From a virus (Duplodnaviria; Caudoviricetes): a stretch of 44,823 bases of DNA. How positions within the stretch are numbered: the stretch's first letter is position 1; the number at the start of each line of letters is the position of its first letter. The stretch lies in the IMG/VR virus record IMGVR_UViG_3300033076_001609, positions 1 to 44,823 of that record; one strand, given 5' to 3'. Shown one piece after another: positions 35,717-44,823 of this stretch. The position numbers and the translations under genes are program-made. Below the pieces are notes generated by a model. It ran no database searches. It was not told where the DNA came from and saw nothing but the letters and a program-made list of their open reading frames with translations.

Positions 35717-35953
35717 TTATTTACCACTGTTGAGAGAGTTAAGCTGTTTATCAATCTCTTCTTTCTTTTCTCGCATGCGATGCTCAATCAAAATGCGATG
35801 ATAGAACTCATCAATGACTGGACTTGGAGCATCCATAATATCTATCCAAGTCCAGCCGAGCTCTTTTGCAATCAAAAATTCCTTAGCGAATTTTCCGGGA
35901 TCGCCTGTTTTCGCGCCGTAAATGATTGCGTTCTCGTACGCGCCCGTTAGTCC
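35717..35953 (-). CDS. Tail assembly chaperone, -1 frame extension (gpT part of gpGT)
   Basis: The -1 frame reads GLTGAYENAIIYGAKTGDPGKFAKEFLIAKELGWTWIDIMDAP...SGK*, entered via A AAA AAG at 35959-35953. Confidence 0.85.
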   Translation of the reverse strand, partial: GLTGAYENAIIYGAKTGDPGKFAKEFLIAKELGWTWIDIMDAPSPVIDEFYHRILIEHRMREKKEEIDKQLNSLNSGK

Positions 35954-36294
35954 TTTTTTTCCTGCTCATCCATACCCTTCGTCAGTTCGTTGATTACCGG
36001 GCGAAGTTTCGATAAGATGAACGTAGGAAGAGCATCAATATTTTCGGACGTCACAGGCCGACCATCAAAACCTGGCCCGGACCAACCGATGATACAAACA
36101 TGCATGAGCAAACGCTCTAATTTGTTTGTATCAAAGGTTACCGAGCCTGCGCCTGACATATCTACTTGCACAACCATGGCTTTTGAGTTAGCATCTTGAG
36201 ATTCGCCGTAGGTTGGTGCCGTAACTGTGATCGAGTTTTCTTCATCGATCATCACAACTTGAGTAAGCCGATCAAAGAAATTTTTGCGTACCAT
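35947..36294 (-). CDS. Tail assembly chaperone (gpG)
   Basis: IIGWSGP...VTSENIDALP...EKKD; lies between tail tube and tape measure; slippery heptamer before the stop. Confidence 0.88.
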   Translation of the reverse strand: MVRKNFFDRLTQVVMIDEENSITVTAPTYGESQDANSKAMVVQVDMSGAGSVTFDTNKLERLLMHVCIIGWSGPGFDGRPVTSENIDALPTFILSKLRPVINELTKGMDEQEKKD

Positions 36295-36313
36295 CGTATT
36301 TTCTCCTTATAAG

Positions 36314-37303
36314 TTAGAGCGAGGCGACAGAATTCACGACTGTGTTTTTCCAAAACAAAGCGTCAGCTGAGCTGTAAATCGCATGCCCATCAAATGTTAG
36401 TGTAGTGTTTCCGTTTTCGTTTTCGTAGCCGTTAACCTTATCGTACTTGCCAGCGAAGTCCATCGTCATCGAATGCGTCGAAGCGTTTGCTCCATCAATC
36501 TTCAAGCGGAACAAGCGAGCAACATCAGCGGCATAGATTGCGCGCTCAGTTGCAACAACCGAGCTAGATTCGACTTCAAGCGTAATGCTGAAATCGATTT
36601 TTGGGAATGTAAACTTATGAGTTGCAAAAACCAAGTTACCGTCGCCGACCGGCACATAAACGATACCAGTGCGAACTCGAACCTTAGCTCCCATTAGAAC
36701 GCCAGTCTTTTGGGTTGTCCCAACAGTACCGCCTGTAGCATCGATGTATAATTTAGTTCGAGCAAAGAGGGCTTCCTGAACACTCAAAAGCGGGAGTGAT
36801 GCCGTGAAAGTGGTCGGTGTGAGTTGCCGACCGATCCAGTTGGCGCTCATTTTCCAAGCTTCGCCGACCTTGCCGCTCAGTTCGAACTCTTCAACAAAGC
36901 AATATTCGACTTCCTGAACATCAGTTGGGACTTGCGTGTTGCCGGCTTCGATAGTGTAAGTTTTGATCGTATTTGGTGTTGAACCGACCGGGAAATCGTA
37001 TAAGCGCGTGTACGGGCCGGCGCCAGAGGGCGTTGCAGCTTTTACACCAGCTTCCATGATATGGCAAACTTGCTCAAAAGTTAGTTCAGTCGCTGGCATC
37101 GCCAACTTGCCAAGCAACATTGTCGTATAACTGCGTTCTTGCGGAGCAAAAAGGCCGACTTGCTCCTCAACTTGTTGACGTTCGCGAGCATCCTCAGGCA
37201 TTGCCATGAGCCCGCGCCAAATCGACGTCGCGGCAACTGGCGTGCCGGGCGTGGTCTCGCGACCTAATTGGATTTTGTTAAAAGTGTAACCACCGTATGC
37301 CAT
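36314..37303 (-). CDS. Major tail tube protein
   Basis: IQLGRETTPGTPV and TYTIEAG; position upstream of the chaperone. Confidence 0.85.
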   Translation of the reverse strand: MAYGGYTFNKIQLGRETTPGTPVAATSIWRGLMAMPEDARERQQVEEQVGLFAPQERSYTTMLLGKLAMPATELTFEQVCHIMEAGVKAATPSGAGPYTRLYDFPVGSTPNTIKTYTIEAGNTQVPTDVQEVEYCFVEEFELSGKVGEAWKMSANWIGRQLTPTTFTASLPLLSVQEALFARTKLYIDATGGTVGTTQKTGVLMGAKVRVRTGIVYVPVGDGNLVFATHKFTFPKIDFSITLEVESSSVVATERAIYAADVARLFRLKIDGANASTHSMTMDFAGKYDKVNGYENENGNTTLTFDGHAIYSSADALFWKNTVVNSVASL

Positions 37304-37306
37304 GAG

Positions 37307-37537
37307 TTATGCTTCTCCTTCATAAACTACTTTGTAAATTTTAGCTTGAAGCGAATTTTCAGCCTCAATGATCTTTTCACGAAACTCAACGTACTCTTTA
37401 CGAGTTAGAGTTCGCGATGGAACTTCCTGAATCATGTGTTGGCCAAGCCATTCAACGAACAAAACTTCTTTCTGTTCTAATTCTGCGAGTTGAATGCTAT
37501 CTTCACCGGAAGCTACCGCTTTTTTTGTTTCTTTCAT
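37307..37537 (-). CDS. Hypothetical protein
   Basis: Short ORF packed in the head-tail operon. Confidence 0.65.
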   Translation of the reverse strand: MKETKKAVASGEDSIQLAELEQKEVLFVEWLGQHMIQEVPSRTLTRKEYVEFREKIIEAENSLQAKIYKVVYEGEA

Positions 37538-37548
37538 AAACAATTTCC

Positions 37549-38028
37549 TTATGGGATTTTTTCAGACACGATGAATAAGCCAACAACACCGATAAAAAAG
37601 TTGCCGCTCAGCAACGGAAATTCAATCACATCTGGCCGAAGAATTGTTTGCTGAATCCAAACATTTTGCGGAAGTTCAAGCGCGCCGTCAGCTAATTTTT
37701 CAAGGTAATCTTGACAATATTCAATTAGCGGGTCGTTTTTGAATCTAATGCCAGTATTCTGAGCGATAGTTTGATACAAAAACAAATCAGTAATCGTCCA
37801 AGAAACCTCATTCACCGTGCTGCCTTCTCCAACATTGAAAACATTGTTGGCGTTGGCAAACTGCTGAGTGAAACGACTAATCGGCGTAAGCATCCTAATT
37901 GGGAGATGGGCTGTCGTTAGAGAGTTCGGCATTGAGTTCGGCTCTACACAAGTGATTTCATTTCCACCTACTTCAATTGCAAGAGTTGCAAACGCATCGT
38001 AGATTTGATTGATTACACTTCTTCCCAT
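37549..38028 (-). CDS. Putative tail terminator / completion protein
   Basis: Size and position between connector and tail tube. Confidence 0.6.
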   Translation of the reverse strand: MGRSVINQIYDAFATLAIEVGGNEITCVEPNSMPNSLTTAHLPIRMLTPISRFTQQFANANNVFNVGEGSTVNEVSWTITDLFLYQTIAQNTGIRFKNDPLIEYCQDYLEKLADGALELPQNVWIQQTILRPDVIEFPLLSGNFFIGVVGLFIVSEKIP

Positions 38029-38621
38029 TAGAGTACCTCCGCAATATATGGTTTCAAAATCTGTTCGACATCCTTTGGCAACCTAACCGGCATAATCGTT
38101 GAACCGTCGCCGGTTAAAATTGGACGTTCAATATCTGAAGTTGTATCTTTTTGCTTGTAAAGAAACGTCGAAAGTCGAACACACGCTTGAACAATATCAA
38201 GAGGAGGTGTTTTGCTATAAGCCCAAAATGCCGAAACTTCAATCGCATCTTCAGGACTTTCATCCCAGAAAAAAACATCATCATACGAAAGTTTAAGATC
38301 AATCGCATAGATTGGTGTTTCATTGCGAGGAAGTGTTACATAGTTTGTCGCTAAAATCGTCGAGCCGTCGCCATTTTTGACATAAGAAATTTCTGCGCAA
38401 TCATAGCGAAGCCAGAGCCGGCGCCGTTTTTGGGAAGTGTCTTGTTCGGCATCAAAAAAGCGAGACGTAGCACTATCACATTGAAAAACGCGATGCGTAT
38501 ACGTTTCAATCATTTTTGTTGCGCGCTCAATGACGTTTTCAAGCAACACATCATCAATGTCTTGGCCGATTGTTAGGTACGATTTGATATCCGCAACGGT
38601 ACAATAGGTTCGGTTAGCCAT
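38028..38621 (-). CDS. Head-tail adaptor (HK97 gp6/SPP1 gp15-like)
   Basis: YCTVADIKSYL...DDVLLE..I.RAT..IE.YT.R.F, PLDIVQAC and LPKDVEQILKPY. Confidence 0.85.
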   Translation of the reverse strand: MANRTYCTVADIKSYLTIGQDIDDVLLENVIERATKMIETYTHRVFQCDSATSRFFDAEQDTSQKRRRLWLRYDCAEISYVKNGDGSTILATNYVTLPRNETPIYAIDLKLSYDDVFFWDESPEDAIEVSAFWAYSKTPPLDIVQACVRLSTFLYKQKDTTSDIERPILTGDGSTIMPVRLPKDVEQILKPYIAEVL

Positions 38622-38835
38622 TTTTCATACCCTTCTTACGCCGCTGCGTCTTCACAACTTCTTCTTCGACTTCAAGTTCATTAGATTCAGTTTCTTCGGT
38701 TAAAAAAATCGAATCGCTATCAAGCAATTGACGAATCGTTTCGCTGTCGATCTCGACCGGTAGTTCTTGGCCGATAACAAAATGTCGATTGCTTGCGCCA
38801 AGAATGATTGATTTTTTCACAATATAGCGCTTCAT
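38614..38835 (-). CDS. Hypothetical protein
   Basis: 73 aa, AAGGA RBS; acidic then basic tail typical of the small ORF after capsid genes. Confidence 0.65.
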   Translation of the reverse strand: MKRYIVKKSIILGASNRHFVIGQELPVEIDSETIRQLLDSDSIFLTEETESNELEVEEEVVKTQRRKKGMKNG

Positions 38836-38877
38836 TTTGCAGCTTCCTTATTAAGAACCAACGGTGAGATCGAACAA

Positions 38878-39315
38878 TTAGACGATTTCGTCGACGGTGG
38901 CGAGATTATACTGATTTGCCGGGCCGTATTTGCAGCCGAAGCCGAGAACAGTTACATCGACTAGGCTGGCGGCCGTTCCGACGGTTAAGGTGCCGCGAAG
39001 ATAGCGATAACCTTGAGTGGCGAGGGCATTCGAATCGACCTCAACCCAAACTTGCTTCGCATCGTCACTGCCAGCTTTCGTCAGCTGAGTGATCGTTTTA
39101 CCAGTGATAGTGGTAGAGAAGCTCCCACCAGAAGCGGTATCACCTTTTACCAAAAAGTCGACGGTAGCCGAGGCGCCGAGAACGCCAACCTTCACCAAGA
39201 ACACAATCTTTGTGAAGTTTAGAGCATCGATGACGTCCGTATTGACGCTACCAGCGCCTTGTGAGATAGGGTCGACTGTGCCAAGCACAGCTACGTTTTC
39301 ATAAACTTTTTCCAT
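38878..39315 (-). CDS. Putative capsid decoration protein
   Basis: IDALNF..IVF.V.VG and YRYLRG.LT; directly after the capsid gene with a strong RBS. Confidence 0.65.
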   Translation of the reverse strand: MEKVYENVAVLGTVDPISQGAGSVNTDVIDALNFTKIVFLVKVGVLGASATVDFLVKGDTASGGSFSTTITGKTITQLTKAGSDDAKQVWVEVDSNALATQGYRYLRGTLTVGTAASLVDVTVLGFGCKYGPANQYNLATVDEIV

Positions 39316-39334
39316 GATATTGGAATCTCCTTTG

Positions 39335-39369
39335 AAAAAGAGCCGATCTTGGTTACGAGCATCGGCTCT
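39335..39369 (-). terminator. Terminator/attenuator after the capsid gene
   Basis: AGAGCCGAT...ATCGGCTCT followed by TTTT on the minus strand. Confidence 0.65.
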
Positions 39370-39421
39370 GATTTTAGCGCTATCAATCTAATGCGCCTAA
39401 TGATCTGTTTGGTTTTGCAAA

Positions 39422-41302
39422 CTAGTCAGCGTGATTGATGAACGGGCCGACGGTGTAGCTACCCTGAGGATCAGCAAGTGTGATCGGGTTGCGCAACCAA
39501 GGCTTGCCATCGCAGCGCTGGGTGAAGCGCCAAGTGGCCTGATCGCTTGTGAAAGCGGCATGCTCACTGAAAGCGATCTGAATCCCCTGCTTTTGCCAGA
39601 ACAAATAAGCATTCAAGTCAAGCAGGAGCACCGAACCAGAGTAGGTGCTCTGAGGCAGATGTTCGCTCATCAAAATCTGGTAGCCGTTCAGCGACTGAGC
39701 CGAACCAGCTGTCATGTTAGCTGTCCAAGCCGCAGCGCCACCGGTACCGATTTCCATCTTCATGATGTCAGGCCAGCGACTCGGGTGAATCAACCAAATC
39801 GGAGTGCCGCCAGTACCCTTGAAGCGACTGAACATCGTGGCGACGTCGGGCCATGTAAACAAGTTGTTTGTAGCCGGTGTGACGTTAATCAGACAAGGGG
39901 CGTTCAAAATGCCGAGAGGTTCGCCAACGCCACTGCCGCGCAAGATGTTGCGCTCATTTTTGGCGTTGATGGCGATACCGAAGAGCGAGGTAAGCAAAGC
40001 TTCCACGGCCATCGGCGAGTCTTGCATCAGCTCGTTGTCGACCTCGGTATAGCCGCCGACCTTGCTCAGACGCCATTCAAGCATCTCGAAAGAAGGTTCA
40101 GTTTTGGTCAAAGTCTGGCCGGGCAAAACGTTTGTCGTTACCACGCCAGCCGCAGCGGCAACCTGACCGGCGCCTGCGGTCGGGGCGATATACTGATCGA
40201 GCACGGGCCAGCGGCCGCTGTCTGAGCCGGCAGGAATCTTTTGCACCTTGCTCATCACGACGCTGTTCATCGCGCTGACCTGGAGCAGAGTTGTTTCATA
40301 CTCAGGCGGGATGAGATAGCCGCCGGCGGTGCCAGTTTCACCGCTCAAGTCCTTCGTCGAGCCGTATACGCTCGCCAAACGAGTCGTATCGTTGCGGCGG
40401 ATGGCCATCAAAAAGTCAGTGAAGCTTTTTACACTGCGGTCGGCTCGCCCACCATCTTGGGTAACAAAGCCGGCGCCCATCATTTTGTTGCTACCCTGAA
40501 TTGCGGCAAGCAAAGCAGTTAGTTGATCGCCCATGCTCTTTACAGCTTTGTCAGTTTCGACTTGGGCAGCTTGATATTCGCCCATAAATTTGCGAACTTG
40601 TTCTGCAAAATTAGGGTCGGCCTGATTTACAGGCGTAGTTGTTTCAGACATAATTAGTGTAACTCCTGTAGGTAGTTGTTCGTCTTTGCTATCATTTGTA
40701 ATAGCGCCAGACACGGATACGTTAACACCATCGCTTCCTGTCGATTCGCCGCCCGCGTTTCCTGTCGCGTTTGACACGGTGTTGGTTTCTTTTTCAATTT
40801 CTGGGTCTTCGATTAAAAGAGCTTCGAATTCGTCGAGCGCCTTGATTGCGGCTTCGCTGAGCTCTTCAAAACCTTTGACGTTGGTGCCGATTGTTCGCGG
40901 CTCCATTGGGGTTGGGGTGAGTGATAGCTCCAAAATCGGCCACTCTTTGATTACGCCGTTTTCACGACTGACGAGTTGGTCGGCGCTTCCGCTGCTCATT
41001 CCAAGCAGCCCGAGATCGGCTAATTTTTTTACAGCTTTTCGATACTTGAAAGCTTTATCAAGTTCAGCTCGAAAGAACACACCCTCATCATCAACGCGAG
41101 TTTCGGTTACATAGCCGATTACGCTTTTGACGGCAGGGTTCTTTCGATGACTATAGAGCAGTTTCTTTTTGGGTGCAAATCCGAGGTCGAAATTCGTAGT
41201 CTTGTCGAATGTATCGCCAACCAAATCGTGACCGCCAAAATAGATGCCGTGGCCTTCCGCAATAAGCGTTTCATCAGCATACTCCTTGATGGATAGATTC
41301 AT
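39422..41302 (-). CDS. HK97-type prohead protease fused to major capsid protein
   Basis: N-terminus DLVGDTF, LYSH, VIG, GMSSGS, ELSLTPTPMEPR (protease); C-terminus GGYLIPPE, VDNELMQDS, ILRGSGVGEPLGILN, RCDGKP (HK97 capsid). Start MNLSIK after AGGAG. Confidence 0.93.
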   Translation of the reverse strand: MNLSIKEYADETLIAEGHGIYFGGHDLVGDTFDKTTNFDLGFAPKKKLLYSHRKNPAVKSVIGYVTETRVDDEGVFFRAELDKAFKYRKAVKKLADLGLLGMSSGSADQLVSRENGVIKEWPILELSLTPTPMEPRTIGTNVKGFEELSEAAIKALDEFEALLIEDPEIEKETNTVSNATGNAGGESTGSDGVNVSVSGAITNDSKDEQLPTGVTLIMSETTTPVNQADPNFAEQVRKFMGEYQAAQVETDKAVKSMGDQLTALLAAIQGSNKMMGAGFVTQDGGRADRSVKSFTDFLMAIRRNDTTRLASVYGSTKDLSGETGTAGGYLIPPEYETTLLQVSAMNSVVMSKVQKIPAGSDSGRWPVLDQYIAPTAGAGQVAAAAGVVTTNVLPGQTLTKTEPSFEMLEWRLSKVGGYTEVDNELMQDSPMAVEALLTSLFGIAINAKNERNILRGSGVGEPLGILNAPCLINVTPATNNLFTWPDVATMFSRFKGTGGTPIWLIHPSRWPDIMKMEIGTGGAAAWTANMTAGSAQSLNGYQILMSEHLPQSTYSGSVLLLDLNAYLFWQKQGIQIAFSEHAAFTSDQATWRFTQRCDGKPWLRNPITLADPQGSYTVGPFINHAD

Positions 41303-41415
41303 TTTTGAAATACTCCTATTTGTGGGGCTTTGTAGTTGAGTTATCGAGGAACTATTTGACAACTCTTACAACGCTAATTATAAACTACACGATATGCGCG
41401 AGCGGCTGAGCAAAC

Positions 41416-41817
41416 TTAAATCGCATTGTCGAGTGCTCTTTGAATCGCTGCATTAAAAATTGATTCGATTTCTGGCTTGAGGGCCGTAATCGCCATCTCG
41501 TCAGTCTGCCAAAAGCCGCGATGCCAGCGGACCTGGAAGCGCGTAGATTGCACCCACGGCCCGTATGATGTGTTGTTACCGACGGCACCTTGAACACCGC
41601 CGGCGATCATGATCGGCTTAGAGATTAGCCAGCGGCGCCCCAGTGTGCCTGTTCGCTGCCCGACATCGGGCTTTTTGGGAAGCAGCCCGTAGTCTGACAT
41701 ATAATCTTGAAGAAGATACAGTGATGCTTCCATTGGCTGTACTAAAATCTGCTGAGAGCCAGCAACGCCAAAAGCTTTTTGAAGCTGCTCAAGGCCCGTT
41801 AACTCTAACTCAATCAT
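41416..41817 (-). CDS. HK97 gp10-like neck/tail-completion protein
   Basis: LTGLEQL, RTGTLGRRW and VGNNTSYGPWV. Confidence 0.7.
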   Translation of the reverse strand: MIELELTGLEQLQKAFGVAGSQQILVQPMEASLYLLQDYMSDYGLLPKKPDVGQRTGTLGRRWLISKPIMIAGGVQGAVGNNTSYGPWVQSTRFQVRWHRGFWQTDEMAITALKPEIESIFNAAIQRALDNAI

Positions 41818-41823
41818 TCTGTA

Positions 41824-44460
41824 CTACTCTCCTTGAGATTCTGTTGCAACTGACGGCACCTTCATCGATTCAAGAAGTGTTTTCTTCTCGATCACCGGAA
41901 CAATCCAACATCGACATCTCGGATGTGCCGGTGGAACACCTCCTCGAACAACACCCGAAAAGCCCTCATCAATCTCGGCTGTTTCGTTGTGAAGTGGACC
42001 ACAAATTGGACATATGCGTTCGACGATAGCCGTGCGCCATTTGATCTTTTTAACGATGCCGCTCTCTCGGTATGAAATTCGATTCGCTTCGGCATACGAA
42101 CGCGTGACTTCGGTAGATGCAATTAACGAAGCCCGCTGGCGACCAAAAACCGGACTTAATTCTTTTTCCAAAACTTTAAGCGGCTCGCCGTTCTGAACCC
42201 ACGCCGCAATCTGGCGCCTGACTGCCGCTTTGGTTGTCGAGTCAATCTTGGTGATGAGGTCGGCACTGTGATTCTCAGCCCAATCTCTCGCCTTTTCGTT
42301 TGCGAGAGTCCAATCGAAACCAAAGCCAACGTTGCTAAATTGTTTTACGGCAACCTTAATGCCCAAATCTGCACCTTCAATCAACGCCGCGCGAAGGGCA
42401 TCACGAGCACTTCCTTTTAAACCAGAGATGTTCTCGATGCGGTTGTCGGCCGTCATTAAGGCGCCCATGTTGACATCGCCAACTCCACCATCCATATTTT
42501 TTTCGTTACCTTCAAAAACTGCATTCTTTTGGGCAGCGAGAGCATCGGCGATTTTTGTCGTATTTTTAGCTTCAATGGAATCCATTTTCTTTTGCTCGGC
42601 TTCATCATCATCAGGGTCGAGCTGCAGAATCATAGCCTTCAAAACTTCGGAGATCTCTAAAATCCCATGTTCAAAATGAGATTCATCATCTTCTTCTGAG
42701 AGCACAGCCTCGTTTTCGTCTGATTTGATTTCTCTGGCGAAAATGAAAGCTTTTTGTGATGTGCTTAAAATGGGCGAAACAAAATCATCTAGTTTCCAAT
42801 CTGCATCGTTGCGCGTAATCCGGTTTTTAACCCATCGCTGGAAGCGTGCGATCTCATCAAAAGTCTTAGGTTCATTTAAAGAATCAAAATTAGTTAATGC
42901 ACTCTTCGCCGCCGGCGATGACGAATTGCTTTGAGGCGGTGCAGTTTTCTTACCTTTATCTTCACCGTCGTCATCCTTATCGCCTTCGTCGGCCTTGTCA
43001 GAGTTGCGTTTGGCGAGAGTTTCGGCACCTTTCGGTGTGCCAGCTTCACCCATCGGCAGCTGTTCTTGCTGAGCCAAAAGCATATTCTTTTGCTTCTGTT
43101 CCTCAACGGCGGCTTGTAAGTTTTCGGGAGTTAGTCCGCTTGGCAACTCAACGCCCGCGATCTGGACGGCGATTTGAACCGGCAAGCCTGAGTCGATGTA
43201 GACTTTAAATGTGTCGGCTCGCTCCTTTTCGTTTTCTTGGTAGACCCGGAGAGATTCCGGGTTAAACGTAAAGAGTAAGCCAAGTGGTTCAAAAAGCTTG
43301 GCATTGAGCTCCTCTTCGACAAGCTCGGCGTCTGGCACCAGCGCGTGAGTGTAAAGATTACGCTCATCAGTTAAAGCGGTTGCATGATTTGCTGAATCGC
43401 TAAACACGAGGGAGTGTGGAATGCCGAGAGTTGTGGCGATCTCCTCAGCCTTGGCTCGCGTAATCTCAGGATCGACAACCTCGCGAAAACCATCGCCAAC
43501 CACGACCGGCTCGACGGCCGTCGACATCACTTCACTCGTCCATGCATTTTTGATACCGCCCATAAAATCCTTCCACCAATTCTTGATCTTTTCGCGCTCC
43601 TTTGGTGGAGTAGTTTGATCGATGCGCAAAAGAGTTGCTTTGATTGCACCGCGCTCAATGAATTTTTGCGCGAACTTATCGAGTGCAAAAAGGATGTCTG
43701 CGTTGGCGAGAGCTGTGGCGACTGGCGATGGTGCGGCGGCTGTTTCACTGAGTGGGTTAGGAATTTCAAAAAAGCAGACGCGGTTCAGGTCGAGTAGGCG
43801 TTGGTCGTCGCGGCTGAGGGTGCGGCGAAAGCCGGTGATGCCAACCTCGATATCCCAGATTGGCTGAATACTTGACGATTGGAGCCAGCGAATTTTTGGC
43901 GAGGCAGCTTCAGGGCCGAGCAAGCCACGAACTAAATTTTGCATCTCGTGCCCGTTGGTCGGCTGTAATATTGGCGGCTTTTTTGCATCACCCGTCTTTG
44001 CCAATGCACCTTTATCGTTCTGCCCTGGAGCTTCGTGGGCAGCCTGGGTTAAAGCTTCTGGTTTTTGCTGATGTTCCCAAAAGCGTTGTTCGAGTGAAAC
44101 GGGAGGCGGTAAAAAACCTTCAATTAGAGCGTAAGAGCGCGAGTAGAGAAGTAGCGAAGCTTCGACGAGATTCAAGATGCGGCGCATCGATCGCATCCAA
44201 AGAAGTTCAGGCGGGAGAATACCCTCACCGACCGTATAAAGTTTTGTTGATCCGCGTGAAATCGTCCAAGGGATCGCAGCGAAGCTGTTAGCCCTGATCG
44301 AGATGCAGCGATTCAAAACGCCGATGGTTGAATAGTACCGTCGCGTGCGATCTGTAATGATGCTCTCATCAGAATCGCCGGCAACGACCCGCCAAGCTTC
44401 TTCTGGCAATGCATTGAGCGGGATCGATTTTTGCCCGTCAATGATCTGGTAGTTTTTCAT
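41824..44460 (-). CDS. Portal protein fused to a Mu gpF / SPP1 gp7-like minor head domain
   Basis: Portal features (CISIRANSFAAIPW, SPV, EIATTLGIP, ANHATA); C-terminus RASLIASTEVTRSY, WRTA..ERICPIC, PPAHPRCRC. Confidence 0.9.
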   Translation of the reverse strand: MKNYQIIDGQKSIPLNALPEEAWRVVAGDSDESIITDRTRRYYSTIGVLNRCISIRANSFAAIPWTISRGSTKLYTVGEGILPPELLWMRSMRRILNLVEASLLLYSRSYALIEGFLPPPVSLEQRFWEHQQKPEALTQAAHEAPGQNDKGALAKTGDAKKPPILQPTNGHEMQNLVRGLLGPEAASPKIRWLQSSSIQPIWDIEVGITGFRRTLSRDDQRLLDLNRVCFFEIPNPLSETAAAPSPVATALANADILFALDKFAQKFIERGAIKATLLRIDQTTPPKEREKIKNWWKDFMGGIKNAWTSEVMSTAVEPVVVGDGFREVVDPEITRAKAEEIATTLGIPHSLVFSDSANHATALTDERNLYTHALVPDAELVEEELNAKLFEPLGLLFTFNPESLRVYQENEKERADTFKVYIDSGLPVQIAVQIAGVELPSGLTPENLQAAVEEQKQKNMLLAQQEQLPMGEAGTPKGAETLAKRNSDKADEGDKDDDGEDKGKKTAPPQSNSSSPAAKSALTNFDSLNEPKTFDEIARFQRWVKNRITRNDADWKLDDFVSPILSTSQKAFIFAREIKSDENEAVLSEEDDESHFEHGILEISEVLKAMILQLDPDDDEAEQKKMDSIEAKNTTKIADALAAQKNAVFEGNEKNMDGGVGDVNMGALMTADNRIENISGLKGSARDALRAALIEGADLGIKVAVKQFSNVGFGFDWTLANEKARDWAENHSADLITKIDSTTKAAVRRQIAAWVQNGEPLKVLEKELSPVFGRQRASLIASTEVTRSYAEANRISYRESGIVKKIKWRTAIVERICPICGPLHNETAEIDEGFSGVVRGGVPPAHPRCRCWIVPVIEKKTLLESMKVPSVATESQGE

Positions 44461-44481
44461 TTTTGTGTGTATCTTCCTTTT

Positions 44482-44823
44482 TGAAAGCAGGATTCTAAGA
44501 ATTTAAAACCAAGATTCTAAGAGCCTGAAGCCAAGATTCTAAGGTTTTGAAATCAGGATTCTAAGAATCTGAAACCAAGATTCTAAGAATTTAAAACCAA
44601 GATTCTAAGAGCCTGAAGCCAAGATTCTAAGAATCTGAAAGCAGGATTCTAACAATCCGAAGCCAAGATTCTAAGGTTTTAAAACCAAGATTCTAAGGTT
44701 TTAAAAGCAGGATTCTAAGGTTTTAAAAGCAGGATTCTAAGGTTTCAAAACCAAGATTCTAAGGTTTTGAAATCAGGATTCTAAGGTTTTAAAACCAAGA
44801 TTCTAAGGTTTTAAAACCAAGAT
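44482..44823. repeat. Tandem array of 22-bp units, at least 15.5 copies, continuing off the window
   Basis: Consensus TRAAACCAAGATTCTAAGGTTT with invariant core GATTCTAA; strict 22-bp period. Confidence 0.97.

Noticed and set aside
39431-40225. Long plus-strand ORF (264 aa) and other antisense ORFs such as 31448-32140 and 11727-12176
   Set aside because: Shadows of well-supported opposite-strand genes; no RBS or recognisable motifs.
44482-44823. CRISPR array or coding repeat
   Set aside because: The period is only 22 bp with re-used flanks and no unique spacers. 22 is not a multiple of 3 and stop codons recur on both strands.
1-44823. Lifestyle call (prophage versus lytic), terminase and lysin
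   Set aside because: No integrase, att site, host gene, terminase or endolysin is recognisable in this window; both ends are truncated.

Overview
A 44.8 kb piece of a tailed dsDNA (siphovirus-type) phage genome, truncated at both ends and read with the standard bacterial code. Left arm (1-14960, minus strand): replication and nucleotide module with DnaE (family C polymerase, cut by the window edge), a thymidylate-synthase-fold enzyme carrying the cytosine-type Asp, a T4 beta-glucosyltransferase-like GT-B enzyme, a dNMP kinase, a degenerate UDG-fold protein, a T4 gp56-like dCTPase/dUTPase, two gp32-like SSB paralogues, a PD-(D/E)XK endonuclease, a MoxR AAA+/vWA pair, class II RNR (NrdJ) and a Cas4-like exonuclease. 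An AT-rich, origin-like divergence point lies at about 15.0-15.6 kb. A plus-strand block (15.3-22.4 kb) holds FtsK plus a membrane partner, ThyX, Tmk, a DEDDh exonuclease, a DUF2227-like protein, an acidic micro-ORF, a secreted protein and a second UDG-fold protein. The right arm (22.4-44.5 kb, minus strand) is the virion module: portal-MuF fusion, protease-capsid fusion, connectors, tail tube, frameshifted chaperone, tape measure, a caspase/CHAT-like membrane protein and tail tip genes. A 22-bp tandem array runs off the right edge. The main finding is an apparently complete cytosine replacement and glycosylation pathway coupled to a DnaE polymerase, with dTMP supply handed to a separate ThyX/Tmk pair. 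The host is tentatively Chloroflexota (inference). All family assignments come from motif recognition by eye; no database searches were run.
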